From: Catajapyx aquilonaris
Taxonomy: Eukaryota
Direction of reading: 5' to 3'
Assembly (NCBI GenBank): GCA_000934665.2
Contig: JYFJ02002740.1
Location: 1 to 51,916, forward strand
Length of the DNA stretch: 51,916 bases
A program made the translations under genes and the position numbers. How positions within the stretch are numbered: position 1 is the stretch's first letter; every line of letters starts with the position of its first letter. The notes below the pieces were generated by a model. That model did not search any database. It saw only the letters and a program-made list of their open reading frames with translations, and was not told where the DNA came from. Shown here one piece after another: positions 1 through 11,669 of the stretch.

Positions 1-408
1 AATCACCCCGATCTCCCCCCCCCATAGATCTGCCACTGAGTGACTTTAATCCTTACTGGTTTTGGACATAGGGCCTTTCACCTTGGGATGGCAGCATTCT
101 GGGTTACACACAGCATGCGGTGCTGGGATTGAAATAAGCGAATGCATCTCATATGGACTTCATGGCACAAGGTGAATAATTTTGATTGCATGGACAGTGT
201 TGGTTTTATGACGAGACCAAAACCTTACATTCCTCACAATAGAACTGAGGTACACAGACCACGCATCAATGAACATGATACTCCTCAATTCTTACATATT
301 CTCCACTCTGGTGGCACCTCAGGAGACACCAATAAAATTCAGATCAGAAGTGGGCCTGTTTTGTCCTCCTTCATTCACAAACCCCTACACTCGAGTTCAG
401 AAGTTAAA

Positions 409-755
409 GGGGAGGCAAAGTGGTGCTGCGGTAACGTATGCGCCCACGGATGTTATGGTCCCGGGATCAAATCCCGCCCAGGGACACCCCCTTCATCTCG
501 TGCAGAGTTCAGGGTCACCTCTGGCTTCGCCTTGGGTGGTACTTCCACAGACTAAACCACCAGGGGTAGTTCACTAAAAATGGCCACGGATAAGACATTG
601 CACTGCACCTTGCACATCCCCTCCTGTCATCCTGCCCGTGGGCCCGGGCGTTTGAAATGAATAGGCACCAAAATGTACCTCAATAAATAATGGTCCGTGA
701 GATATGCCCCCATGTGGGGGCGAAAGCACATTACCCCCAGCATTATTATTATCAT
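409..755 (+). mobile_element. tRNA-derived SINE
   Basis: A/B-box-like head (gtggtgctgcggt..gggatcaaatccc), (att)n tail, 23-bp TSD tacactcgagttcagaagttaaa at 386-408 and 756-778. Confidence 0.85.
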
Positions 756-808
756 TACACTCGAGTTCAGAAGTTAAAAGAGAGTGGCAGAACGATTGGC
801 CCACCCTA

Positions 809-1719
809 TACGAGGTGTGATCGAAAAGTTCCCGGACTGTGTTCATAAAAACATTAATATTTATTTTAAGTGCTAATTTCCACTGCCACCTTCAAAGTAG
901 TTGCCTTGGGCACGTATACAACAATTCCAGCGAAGTTCCCATTTTTGGAAGCACCAAAAAAATTGGGCAACAGTAGTGTGTTCAACACCTGCTGCGATTT
1001 TACTTAGATCTCTTTAGTGGAGTCAAAATGCCTCCTTTTCTACCCAAATATCATTTTAGGGAAGAGGTAGAAATCACGTGGCGCCAGGACGTACGAATAG
1101 GCAGGATGTGGAACAGTGGTCATGTTGTTTTTTATCATGAAGTCCCTGCCTACGCGTGAGGTGTGTGCAGGCGGCATTGTCATGGTGCAGCAACCAGTCT
1201 ATGTTCTTCCACATCTCTGGTCATTTGAGCCTAAATCGTCTCAACCCATCGCAGTAATACTTGGCGTTGACAGTTTTATCAGGAGGGAGAAACTCCATAT
1301 GCACAATTCCTAAAATGTCAAAGAAAATGATGAGCATTGAGTTGATTTTGCTGCAAACTTGACGCGCCACCTTCGAAGCTGTTAAACCACTCATATGTTA
1401 TTGCTTGTCTTACAACTTGCTCATCAAAAGCCTTGTTCAGCATTCGGTTGGTTGCAGCCAAAGTTTTGTTGAGCTGGAAGCAAAATTTAATACAAATCTT
1501 TTGCTCCCTAACATCAGCGATTTCGAAAAATCGCAGAAGCACAAGAACACTGTGTCAAGAAAACTGCCGAAACTTGGAAACATGTGCACCTATGAAGACG
1601 AAATTTTTCAGACTAATAGCTGAAAGGTGCACCTAGCGCCCCCTAACATCACAAGTTTGTACCTCCACTGGATTGCACGGTATATCGACAGTCCGGGAAC
1701 TTTTTGATCACACCTCGTA
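809..1719 (-). mobile_element. Internally deleted mariner transposon
   Basis: TIRs cgaggtgtgatc(g/a)aaaagttcccggactgt, TA TSD, minus-strand mariner HTH remnant (EQKICIKFCFQLNKT..YEWF). Confidence 0.9.
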
Positions 1720-1847
1720 CATCACCTACTCTCTTATCATACCACTTTAGACCTTTGCATCGTTGATTAGTTTTAAGATCACAGAATTGTCCTGGTGTGG
1801 TAAACAAGATTATGAATAAATTACATGAAAAATAGTGAGAAAATCAC

Positions 1848-1958
1848 CTGTCCGAGTTCATCATGGCAAAGAAGTTGTCACGTAAATTTGCAAAGAGTTG
1901 GATTCCATATAAGATTTTGCTACCAGGGAATTCACCTGTAGGACGGATGTTGTTGTTC
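1848..1958 (-). CDS. HEXD: HEXD coding exon 9 (..GEFPGSKILYG..)
   Basis: ttacag acceptor, AG|gtgatt donor, FPGS motif in phase. Confidence 0.85.
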
Positions 1959-4413
1959 CTGTAATTGTCAGAAACAGTTTAAAATATTCAGGGCATTCCA
2001 ATACAGAGAATTGATTAACACAAGTATTTGGGCAATGTGCACCAGAAAATGATTCCTTTAAAAATACAGTGGAGCATCGATTATCCGAACACTGATCAAC
2101 CGAACCATCGGTTAACAGAACGTTTTCGGGTCGGCAAATAAGCAAAAAAAAAAAAAAAAAAACGAAAAAAAACACACTATGTGGTTCCGCTAGTGGTCGC
2201 TAGTGCTGTGGCGCTGCAGATTAGCCGCCAAAAAAAAAACGAGTCTCGGCTCTCAAGCAAAAGAAGTTGGCAGTCCCCCCCCCCNTATGTACAGTATTTT
2301 TAAGACGTGCCTGTGACCCCCCAAAAGGACCTTGGGTTCACTGGGTTTAATAAATCTAATCTAATCAAAAAAAAAAAAAAAAGACGTGCCTGTGACAGAA
2401 AATATACAGTTTTGTGATTAATATCACTGTTTCTTAGTTTCATATTGCACCTGTGACACCGGTACAATTTTTCCCCCGTAAATGATCGGTTATCCAAACA
2501 ATCAGTTATCCGAACACCCCCTTGGCAGACTCTGTTTGGAGAATCGATGCTCCACTGTATATGCAAAACCTAGTATTTAGGTTCTAAAATACTTCTGAGT
2601 AATAGGTGTAGGGTGTCAAGAAATCACCAACAGTAACCAGTCTTTAACCAAGTAGTAAGCACTTGTAATTTGTAATAACTCATAACAAGTTATTGATTCA
2701 CACCATTACAAGAAGTTGTTACCTCCACCTACTAAGACTGTTAATGGTAACACATTTTGTGCAATATGGTGTTTAAAATCAGCTGGAAAGACACCTTGGA
2801 GTATTTACTATTGCGAAATTTCTCCATGAGATCACATTCCCTGAACAAGTACTGTACTGACCTTGGGAAGGGATCTAAATCAATTGGCTGAGTGAAGCCC
2901 AACTTCTCTGAAGTTGTTTCATGAACAGACTTGGTGAAACGCCCTTCAGATAAGGTCTCGAGGCACAAGCACAGGCTAGGAACGCTGGCAGGTAAAAGCT
3001 CACATGTAACTGCATAGTGGTCATATCTGAAAGACATGACAATTGACTCACCAATCTGAACCTGTCAGTACAAGGGTATCAAAGCCAACCTCACCTGCTC
3101 CAGCCAGTCAGGGCAATTCCACAAAATGCCTCAAACTTCCCAGCCTCCCGTTCCAGGGTTTTCAACCATGCTTCCTGGTTGCTGATGTGGTGACGGGGCA
3201 GTGGAAGGCACTGGCAACTTCCAGTTGCACCCTTAAAACAAGATGCAGCCCAAAAACGGCGAAACACCTTGGAGTATTTGTCCCACACACCTGTTGAGAG
3301 ACATGGCCCAGTCACTTGTCCTTTGCAACTGCAAGTGGGCGATTTTCACCTGAAGGTAATGAGAAAGTAGTTTCTGGCTCATAATGCCAGATCATAGGTT
3401 CCACCAAGTGACCAATCTGAAATTCTGAAAAAATTCTGCTTTAACATCTTGAAGGTTGAGGATTCCCCTCTGCATATTAATGACGGATATTAATGTAGAG
3501 TTTCAAGATTGTCCCAATACCACCTTTGTTAGATCTGAAGCTAAGGCTCGTATCAATTAATTGTCATGGTATACACAGGATGACCATACACATTAGAGCC
3601 CATTTCATATGGCAAAACGACGATAGGTGCACTAGGTTGCTGACAACCCTGTTAAATTAAGCCTGTAAAGCTTTAGAAACGCTACATCTATTGCAATTTC
3701 ATTGCGAAGGTTTTTCTCAACACCTACTAACACTCGGGGAGGGGGGGGGGGGNGGGGGGGGTCGCAGGTTACTTGACTATCATAAAAGGGGGTCGCGACC
3801 CGAAACAGGTTGGGAACCACTGATCTATTGTATGCATCTTGTTAACACGGGTCATGGTGGTCTAGTGGCTATGCTACTGACCAGCCAAGCAGGAGGTCCA
3901 GGGTTCAAATCCCATCCCCATCACCTTCGCTTGGTCGGGTCTTTTTCCGCTTTTCACACGACATGTCCAGACAGACTTGCACTCCCTTCTCTGCCCAGGA
4001 CTGGTATTTAACCCTTTAATTGGCAGAGATACATTGTTTTCAAACATTTTAAACGGGCCCGCCAGAGAGAAAGTGCACGAAAATGTGGAGGTGTGGTGGC
4101 CAAGATGGTAACATCTCGGCTTGCTGAGTGAAAGGTCCCAGGTTCGATCCCCGCCTGGGAGTTCCCTTTCACCTGCGTCGGGATGGTCTCTGACCTGCAC
4201 CTTGGAGGTGTCTGGCAACCTAACGTCCTGGGGAACAGCACATGCCCCCTTTACAGACATTGCACTTGCACCCCATGTTCCCTCCCCAAAAATCCCTGCC
4301 CTTACCCAATGTCCTTGTTTCCCTGCACCAGAGTCAAGATAAATCAGAAAATTGATAGAAAAATGGTGTACCACCCCCCTATTGCCCTACAGAACCTGTA
4401 AGGGTCATCACGG

Positions 4414-4473
<60 letters not shown>

Positions 4474-7400
4474 TATTATTATTATTATCATAAAAAGTGC
4501 ATGAAAATGGATGGTGTATCTTCTGGGACCCAACCTCTAGTAACTTATAAGTGTACTTCGAGGGGGAGGCATGGTGGCTGAGATGGTAACGTCTCAGCTT
4601 GCTGTGCGGAAGGTCCCGGGTTCGATCCCCGCCCGGGAGTTCCCTTCCACCTGCGTCAGTGGGTCTCTGGCCGTCGCCTAAGAAGGCGTTTTGGCAACCT
4701 AGCCTTCTGGTGGACTGCACATGACCCATTTCCGACATTGCACTTACACCTGTGTCCCCTCCCCAAAAATCCATATCCTTACCCCATTTCCTTACTTCCC
4801 TGCACGGAGAATGAAGAAAAAATTACAGAAAAATTGAAGGATGTTGGTGCGCCACCACTAAGAATTTTTTTTATTTTTATTGCCATAGCATGGTTTGGAG
4901 AGACAAAATTTGGTACAAATGTCCTTGGGACCATACTCTTCAAATTCAGATATGACGCCACCCCTGTTTTCGCCCCCGAGGCTGGTTGACTACCTTGAAT
5001 CGAGTGAAAAGTATTTTTCTGAGTGAACTATGCTTCTCAGGAGGATATGTGCCAAACAAAGGTTGTAGAGGAACATGTATTCTACAAAAATGTATAAGTA
5101 CCTTTTCCACGTACGGTCCGTATTTTCGGAGCTACAGTGACTTTAAAAAGACTTTTCACTGGCTGAAGGGTATAGGTAACCCACAATTACCGGCTTCCAG
5201 GGTGAAATCGGGCGTGGCGCCAAATCTGAATTTGAATAGCATGGTCCCAAGGACATTCCAACAAAATCTCATACTTTTATCACCTAGTGTTCTGTTGACC
5301 TTTGACATGGAAGGCAACAATAAAAACGAAATTCATTGATTGCAGCATATACCAATTATTTTAGTTGAGAAACCAACTGCCATAATTTTCCTAATGTCCT
5401 TTCCAAGCTTGCCTATTAAAGGGTTAAGAGGGTCAGAAATGACTACTTGAGCACCCTCCCTTGGGAACCACCCCTTCCCCCCCTAAGAGGGCCAGGGGTA
5501 TTAAAAACAAACAAAACAAACATCTTTTTAACATTGTACCATTGACTAGAGAGGAATGAATTGAAGTGATTTTGCTGTGAGGACAGCAGGTTGCAGAGGA
5601 GTTCCACTAGAAACATCCAGAAACATCAAGATTGTGAATCACATTTCTCACACCCAGGTAAGCTTCTTTTGCTGGAGAAGTTTAAAAAAACTCCTGTTGC
5701 CATTGATTGCCATGGTTGCTAAGGGTTGTCAGTCTGTTACTTGGACAAGTGTACACTGGTTGCCGTAAGTTACTAGTTCCTGCCTAGATCACCTGTAATC
5801 ATTTCAACCTATGGAATGGGGACTATATGGTGACCCTGCACATCATTTGTAAAGAATGGTAGGTCTATCTTATCATGACTTACATGCCTTCCTATTGTCA
5901 AAATGCAACTCCCCGCAATGGACTAGGTATATGTCACAATATTTTTTTCATCACTCCTACATGCTCACATTTTACAGAAAAAAACAAGAATAAGAGATTC
6001 AAGATGTATCATATTTGACAGCATACAATATAAGACACACTTTTTCTCCCCTACCTGGACAGCCTAAGACAGCCCGAACCTGATGCGCTTGGAACTGTTG
6101 CAGGAGACTTGGCGATGGACAACATGGGAGCTGGATTTCGAGTGTGGGACAAGTCAGAGTACTATGTTTAGTGCTCTAAAAGACTGAACGCTCTCAGGAA
6201 GTTGGTGTCCTCAGTGGTTCCTCACAATCTCTCTGAAGTGCAAAAGTGGCATTGCTTTTCCCTCACCAAAAAAACATTTTGAACTTTATCGCATTGAGGG
6301 TGATGGTTTTTTAAAAACTTATTGTGGATATGGATGATACGAGGGCAAGTCAAAAAGTAACCTTAAAATGGCAGTATAAAATCAACATCGCGTAGTATAC
6401 CGTTTTCCTGCTAAAGCAGCATGCTTTCACAGGTCAGCTGCCAGTGTGCGCAGGCGCGTCGGTCTGATTGAAAGTGTGACGTCAGAGAACCACAATCAAG
6501 ATGGCCGCCCCCTTGGACCCCAGCACCAAAGAGGAGCAGCGGGCGGTTATCAGATTTTTGAGTAGTGAAGGTGTGAAACCAGCAGACATCCATCACAGGA
6601 TGCAGAGGCAGTATGGGAGCTCCTGTCTGTCCCTTCAGCAGGTGTATGAATGGCACAGTAAGTTCAAAAGGTGTAGTCGCAGTTTGTGGCCGGCCAGAGC
6701 CAGCTGCATCAGTCACACTTGAGACGCCACTTTTGAACTTTCTTCTGTGCCATTCATACACCTGCTGAAGGGACAGACAGGAGCTCCCACACTGCCTCTG
6801 CATCCTGTGATGGATGTCTGCTGGTTTCACACCTTCACTACTCAAAAATCTGACAACCGCCTGCTGTTCCTCTTTGGTGCAGGCGTCCAAGGGGGCGACC
6901 ATCTTGATTGTGGTTCTCTGACGTCACACTTTCAATCAGTCCGACGCGCCTGCGCACACTGGCAGCTGACCTGTGAAAGCATGCTACTTTAGCAGGAAAA
7001 TGGTCTACTACGCGATGTTGGTTTTATACTGCCATTTTAAGGTTACTTTTTGACTTGCCCTTTTTTTGACACATGGCTCCGGTCATAGTGCTCTGACTTG
7101 TCCCACACTCTAAACCAAGTGCCCGTATTGTCCATTGCCGAGAGTCCTGCAACAGTTCCAAGCACGTCAGGCTCGGGCCATCCAATAGCGATGGTGCGGT
7201 GGGGGGTCACAATCTGTTTCCCGATCCCCATCGTGATATGGGCAACATCTATATACCAGAACACATTGTAATCGGCAGAGCTTCAAAACTTAGTGAAGGT
7301 CATCTCTGTATGTGTTACCGTTTTTGAATTTAAAAATACGCACCATGACTTTTAACTCAACCTACGTATATAAGTTGAGGCCCAATGGCTAATTTTACCT

Positions 7401-9552
7401 CAGACAGTCACTTCTACCTGCCCCATGACTTTTGTCACACAACCCCACTTTCCATCAGATCAGCCCCGCCTGCCCTAATTAAATGGTGCCATGAAAGGGA
7501 CAAAATTTGGCACATGGTCAGCTAAGAATCAAATTAGGGAAGATTTCCTCCGCTGTGTGGAGTGCCAGGCCTCTACAGTAAAAGCGCAGCCTGTCAGTCA
7601 GGGACATACTGCTGACAGCTTGACCTGTGTCACTTTACAACAGAGCAGAATATTATTCCGCCAGTGTGCAGTAGTGACGTGTTTGTTGCTTCATATACGA
7701 ATTTGTGTTTGTGCTCAAATATCTTGCCCTGCGTGGGCATCAGGAAATTTCGAGGCAAGTAGGCCTGTAACAGCGAATTTTGCAAGCACATGAGGTCCAA
7801 AATCTTAAGTCATATCGTGAAAATCAGCGGACAGGTCGGCCATCTTTTCCCCTAGTCAGTCCCAAAACAACCCCTTCCTCTCATCAATGATGGTTACCAA
7901 AAATCTGCATGTAGATGACGACTAACAAGCATGTGTAAGTTAACCAACCTCTCTCAATTCTGCCCTATATGCCTATATGCCCTAAATACACTGAAGACTT
8001 TTTTCCTGAATATGATCTGCTGAAATGGGGGTGTGTCTTATATGTCATTAAATACAGGAAGTCAAAAGTAGTTCACCTATAAAGGCCTTTGTCATGCTGC
8101 TGAAGAAAATTCAGCCTTGTGATGTTTAAACTATTCTTTTGGCTATCAGACAAGACTTCTTCAACAACTTTTGATAACATTTTCCTAAACCCATTGCAGA
8201 TATTATGAATTGGTTACAACTATGTCACAATGTGACAGCTCTTATTTGCCATACCACAGCCTTACCTTCAGATGCCGCTACTGGTAAACCAGGGAAAGAA
8301 AACAGATTCAGCATGAAAATATCTTCAGGACTGTTCATTTCTGCCTCGAGGGGAGGCAGCTGCATATTGATAAGCCACCCACAGTAGGTACACTTTGACT
8401 TGCTCCCCTCTTATCGTGGCAGAAATGACACATACCTAACACTTACACGCAGTCTGGCAAAAACATTGTATAAGGGCCTTTCTGTCCCTGGCTGACAGTA
8501 GGTTGTTACCCTCAACATTTCAAAGTCCTTCAATCGCTATTTCCCAGATTGACTCAAGTTATTTCATTATAAGTACCTTCCAAAAGTTCTAAGTCTGTCT
8601 GTCTCATCATATCATCCCACATTATCGGCTGAATGTGAGGTGCATTTTCTTTGAGGATATCGAGCACTGATCGTATGTGATGCAAATAAAGATGATGCTG
8701 GGTCCAGTTGTTTGCCTGTAACCTCTCTCTGCATCCATTACATGCACCCATATGCCATACCTGCATAAAGTAAGGATATATAAAAAGCTAGTGGCAATTC
8801 AAGCCATCCATACTTCGTCTGCACCGATGTGGATGTATTTGATTCCAGGATGTAGATTAATATATTGCAGAATCATCAGTTTTAAGAGAGACGTGGACGC
8901 AGGGTTGCTGGGACATATTGCATCTGGGTAGCGTGCTATTTCTCGCAGGTGTGAAAAACATTCATGTTTCAGAACAAACTGAAAAAAAAAGAAAAAAAAT
9001 CATTCGTTCAAAATCATCACAAAAAAGTTCTGTGCAACATTTAAAAATATTGGATGGATGTCTCCACAAAAAACCATGCCTCCATATGTCCAAATGACTG
9101 CAGCAGAGGCACAACCATTAGATTGTGATCTGAGGCAGCTTTCAATATAATCGCCACATCCTCAGCTGTATATGCACAGGGCTGTGCCAATGGCGTCAAC
9201 TCGTCAGTGAAGGGAAACACATCTTCATATTCAATTAGTATTCCTGTTGCTCCAAAACAACTAAGGAGAGGCAAAAGCTGGAAAGTATCAAAATATTTTA
9301 GTCAACCCATTCCCTCAATTCCCCTACCCACTAGGTACTGTAGAACTTTTTGGTACCAATCACTGTTTATTACGGTCACATCAAGACATTTCACACACCT
9401 CAAGTAAGTAGGAAACTTTTGGAGGTGCCCCCTTCAGGTCTAGGTGCACAAGCCTGAAACAAATGATTGCCAGTAAGTCATAGTCACTATGCAAAGGCAG
9501 CCTCTCACCTGTGAGCTATTGCTCTGGGTACACTCGAATTCTTTGCAGCCAT
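1848..9552 (-). CDS. HEXD: Hexosaminidase D (GH20 beta-N-acetylhexosaminidase), spliced, 3'-incomplete in window
   Basis: Exons 9552-9509, 9453-9399, 9277-9080, 8978-8814, 8760-8577, 3424-3350, 3290-3095, 3026-2862 and 1958-1848 join in phase. They give MAAK..[100 protein letters not shown]..FPGS, all HEXD-family motifs. The last exon found ends at a phase-2 GT donor. Confidence 0.95.
2065..2559. mobile_element. pogo/Tigger-like MITE (copy 1)
   Basis: TIR cagtggagcatcgatt, TA TSD; second copy in opposite orientation at 37248-37599. Confidence 0.85.
2862..3026 (-). CDS. HEXD: HEXD coding exon 8 ([12 protein letters not shown]..DPFPR)
   Basis: tttcag acceptor, AG|gtcagt donor. Confidence 0.93.
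3095..3290 (-). CDS. HEXD: HEXD coding exon 7 (..[17 protein letters not shown])
   Basis: caacag acceptor, AG|gtgagg donor, conserved motifs. Confidence 0.93.
3350..3424 (-). CDS. HEXD: HEXD coding exon 6 ([14 protein letters not shown]..)
   Basis: ttttttcag acceptor, G|gtgaaa donor, VEPMxW motif; missed by the ORF track. Confidence 0.88.
4087..4492 (+). mobile_element. tRNA-derived SINE (family C)
   Basis: tggtggccaagatggt..ggttcgatcccc head, (taa)n tail, TSD aaagtgca(c/t)gaaaatg; related copies at 4562 and 11332. Confidence 0.85.
4562..4860 (+). mobile_element. tRNA-derived SINE (family C), 3'-truncated
   Basis: Same head and body as 4087-4492. Confidence 0.8.
6070..7368. mobile_element. 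Degraded mariner remnant hosting a fold-back
   Basis: WVPHNL motif encoded near 6215; inverted segments 6070-6166 and 7083-7178; mariner-like terminus catgacttttaactcaacctacgta ending 7368. Confidence 0.6.
6338..7061. mobile_element. mariner-derived fold-back (two 5' ends in inverted orientation)
   Basis: About 330-bp inverted arms; each encodes the mariner N-terminal HTH (EQRAVIRFLSSEGVKPADIHHRM) on opposite strands. Confidence 0.9.
8577..8760 (-). CDS. HEXD: HEXD coding exon 5 (VWHMG..MWDDMMR..)
   Basis: gcag acceptor, G|gtactt donor, WDDM motif. Confidence 0.92.
8814..8978 (-). CDS. HEXD: HEXD coding exon 4 ([11 protein letters not shown])
   Basis: Poly-T cag acceptor, GAA|gtatgg donor, GH20 catalytic Asp-Glu pair. 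Confidence 0.93.
9080..9277 (-). CDS. HEXD: HEXD coding exon 3 (..[22 protein letters not shown])
   Basis: ttccag acceptor; ends GAG|gcatgg (GC donor inferred from the FGHME-FVLK junction). Confidence 0.9.
9399..9453 (-). CDS. HEXD: HEXD coding exon 2 ([18 protein letters not shown])
   Basis: tttcag acceptor, GAG|gtgtgt donor, HLDLKGAPP motif. Confidence 0.93.
9509..9552 (-). CDS. HEXD: HEXD coding exon 1 (MAAKNSSVPRAIAHR)
   Basis: ATG at 9552; donor AG|gtgag; phase 2 fits the next exon. Confidence 0.75.
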
Positions 9553-9865
9553 TTAGGGTCATTCATATAGAAGGGCAGCACAGTGGTTACTGCCGCAGCT
9601 TTCCACCTCTGAAGTCCCACGTTTGATCAACAGATCGGAACAATTGGAATCGCTGCAACAAATTGCAAAGAACTTTTAGTTTAGGCTCAACTTAAGGCTA
9701 TATTTATCATCATTTTAAAAAACTGCCTGCCATCTAAGCATCAGTTATGAGGCCGACCTACAGAACTCAGCCTAGAAATAAATTAGTTATGGACATCTGT
9801 CATGGAACCAGGTCAGCCCCCCACAACTCCCGCCCTTTTCTTATGGTGACGATAGCATGCTTACC

Positions 9866-10078
9866 GAGTCTCCGCTGGCACTGGCGTCGCTCACTGGGGC
9901 CAGCGGGTTGCCCGATTCACTTGGGCAGACGCCATCTGAACCAACCCAAACCATCAATACTCAGTACAGCACCCTCAGCCCTATTCTGCAGATTCACACA
10001 CAGTCACATGAGTGAGTCTGGCAACCCGCTGGGGACAGTGAGCGACGCCAGTGCCAAATTCCAGGCTGGTGGAGACTC
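9866..10078. repeat. GC-rich imperfect palindrome upstream of HEXD
   Basis: gagtctcc..ggcactggcgtcgctcactg..cagcgggttgcc mirrored by ggcaacccgctg..cagtgagcgacgccagtgcc..ggagactc. Confidence 0.75.
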
Positions 10079-10156
10079 TCTAAGTACCCTACAGTATTGT
10101 AAAAGTTGTGTGGGGCCATTCCAGGTATACATTTATGAACCTTTCCCACACAGGTT

Positions 10157-10498
10157 CAGTGCTGGACATATTAGCCGTCGCTGAATGTTTTTTTTCCGTC
10201 GGCGGCGGCGCTGCGTTCCCTGGCAACCCCGTCCGGCGGACCAATTCAAACATCAGCCCATGGAGAGCGCTTCCATCGTTTCCACTGTTTACAAATCGAG
10301 TGAGTGAGTGCGCAGGCAGAAGAGACCCGTCGCTGGGTCGTTCGCGTCACTCACTCGATTTGTAAACAGTGGCAACAATGGAAGCGCTCTCCATGGGCTG
10401 ATGTTTGAATTGGCCCCGCCGGACGGGGTTGCCAGGTAACGCCGCCGCCGCCGCCGCCGGAAAAAAACATTCAGCGACGGCTAATATGTCCAGCACTG
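10157..10498. mobile_element. Palindromic MITE
   Basis: Near-perfect arms of about 150 bp, cagtgctggacatattagccgtcgctgaatg.. Confidence 0.85.
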
Positions 10499-11331
10499 TT
10501 CCACAAGTGGCAGCACAATGACTGGGAGAGGAAGTGGATACTGTGAAATATTCAATGTATGTATGTTTGTTTGTTTACAAGGGAAGAAGTCAAAGGAACT
10601 ATGGCTATCTGGCTAGGAAAAAATTCACAGTCCACATCAATGAAGTTAATGAGAATTCACACTAGATGTTGCTGCCATTTTTCAATTAACAGAATACATA
10701 CTGCACATATCTGATGGGCATCAGAAATGAGCTCACAACAGCTTCAGTGGAAATATTGTGTTCGCTTGTAAGTCACCTTGGCACCTCCAAGTGCAAGCAA
10801 AGTAGTTCTCCTGCCTGCCGTGTACTTTGTGCATACATTATGGCAGAGGAGTAACAACTTGATGCAGGAAAGTTTCCTCTGAAACTTATGTGAGTTCAGT
10901 TATGATACACATGATACTTCCAGCACTACATAACCTACAGGAATTAATATTTATACACTTATTCAAAACTGAACATAAGAAAATTTTAGTACCCACAAAT
11001 TTGCTCAAATTTGACAAATGTGGCTCTAACTTGGATTGTTACAATCACTGGCAATCCAGGATCTTCTCATCATGTCAAGTCCCATTTACAAGAGGTCACT
11101 CCAAGCAAATTGCAGTGTGCAACAAGCAGTCAGATGCTGCTGATGGTCATATTCATGTCTGTCCGGAATGCCAGTTCACCCATTGACACTGTTCTAATTG
11201 CAAAGCATGCCACAAACACATAAATTATTTTCAATATACGAGGCGCATCCAGAATGTAAGTTCAATTTTTTTATTAGAAAAACCACAATGCACCCCCAGA
11301 ATTTTTATTTACACATCTGAAATCGACAACT

Positions 11332-11669
11332 GGGGGAGGGTGTGGTGGCTGACATGGTAACATCTTGGCATGCTGTGCGAAAGATCCCGGGTTCAAATCC
11401 TCGCCCGGGAGTTACCTTTTGCCTGCGTCAGTGGGTCTCTGGCCCGCGCCTAAGGAGGCGTCTTGGAAACCAGCCTCCTGGGGGACACACATGACCCTTT
11501 TCAGACATTCCACTTCCACCAGTGTCCCCTCCCCAAAAATCCCCATCCTTACCCTACATCCTTAAGGTCCTTGCAAGGAGTTTGAAGAAAATGAGAAAAA
11601 GTGATTCAAATGGTGGTAATCCACCCCCCTAAAAAAGCCTTGTTCTCTCTAATGGGGCAAAAAAATATA
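11332..11669 (+). mobile_element. tRNA-derived SINE (family C)
   Basis: Homologous to 4087; approximate TSD atcga(c/t)aac(t/g)g at about 11321 and 12595. Confidence 0.8.

Larger units (their letters stand above)
4008..5427. mobile_element. piggyBac-type non-autonomous element containing two SINEs
   Basis: TTAA TSD at both ends; TIR ccctttaat(t/a)ggca. Confidence 0.85.
3849..5520 (+). mobile_element. tRNA-derived SINE (family B) interrupted by a piggyBac-type MITE
   Basis: Pol III boxes tggtctagtgg / gggttcaaatccc, (aaac)n tail, 13-bp TSD catctt(g/t)ttaaca at 3835 and 5521; homologous to 16171-16934. Confidence 0.85.

Noticed and set aside
1..800. Final HEXD exon(s)
   Set aside because: No phase-compatible exon with HEXD-like sequence was found by eye; probably left of the window.
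2275..2290. Poly-C/G tracts containing n (also near 3750, 13915, 27220, 37480)
   Set aside because: Homopolymer sequencing uncertainty inside repeats; no basis for a functional call.
2741..2861. Extension of the HEXD ORF to a stop at 2741
   Set aside because: A good donor at 2861 and an in-phase FPGS exon at 1958-1848 show this stretch is intron.
4087..4160. tRNA genes at SINE heads (also 409, 3849, 4562, 11332, 15196, 21236, 28060-28144, 36967)
   Set aside because: A/B boxes are followed by SINE bodies, simple-repeat tails and TSDs, so they are tRNA-derived SINE heads rather than tRNA genes.
4379..4774. Poly-Tyr/Asn ORF (also poly-Ile at 27169-27417 and SL repeat at 19623-19847)
   Set aside because: Translations of microsatellite tails.
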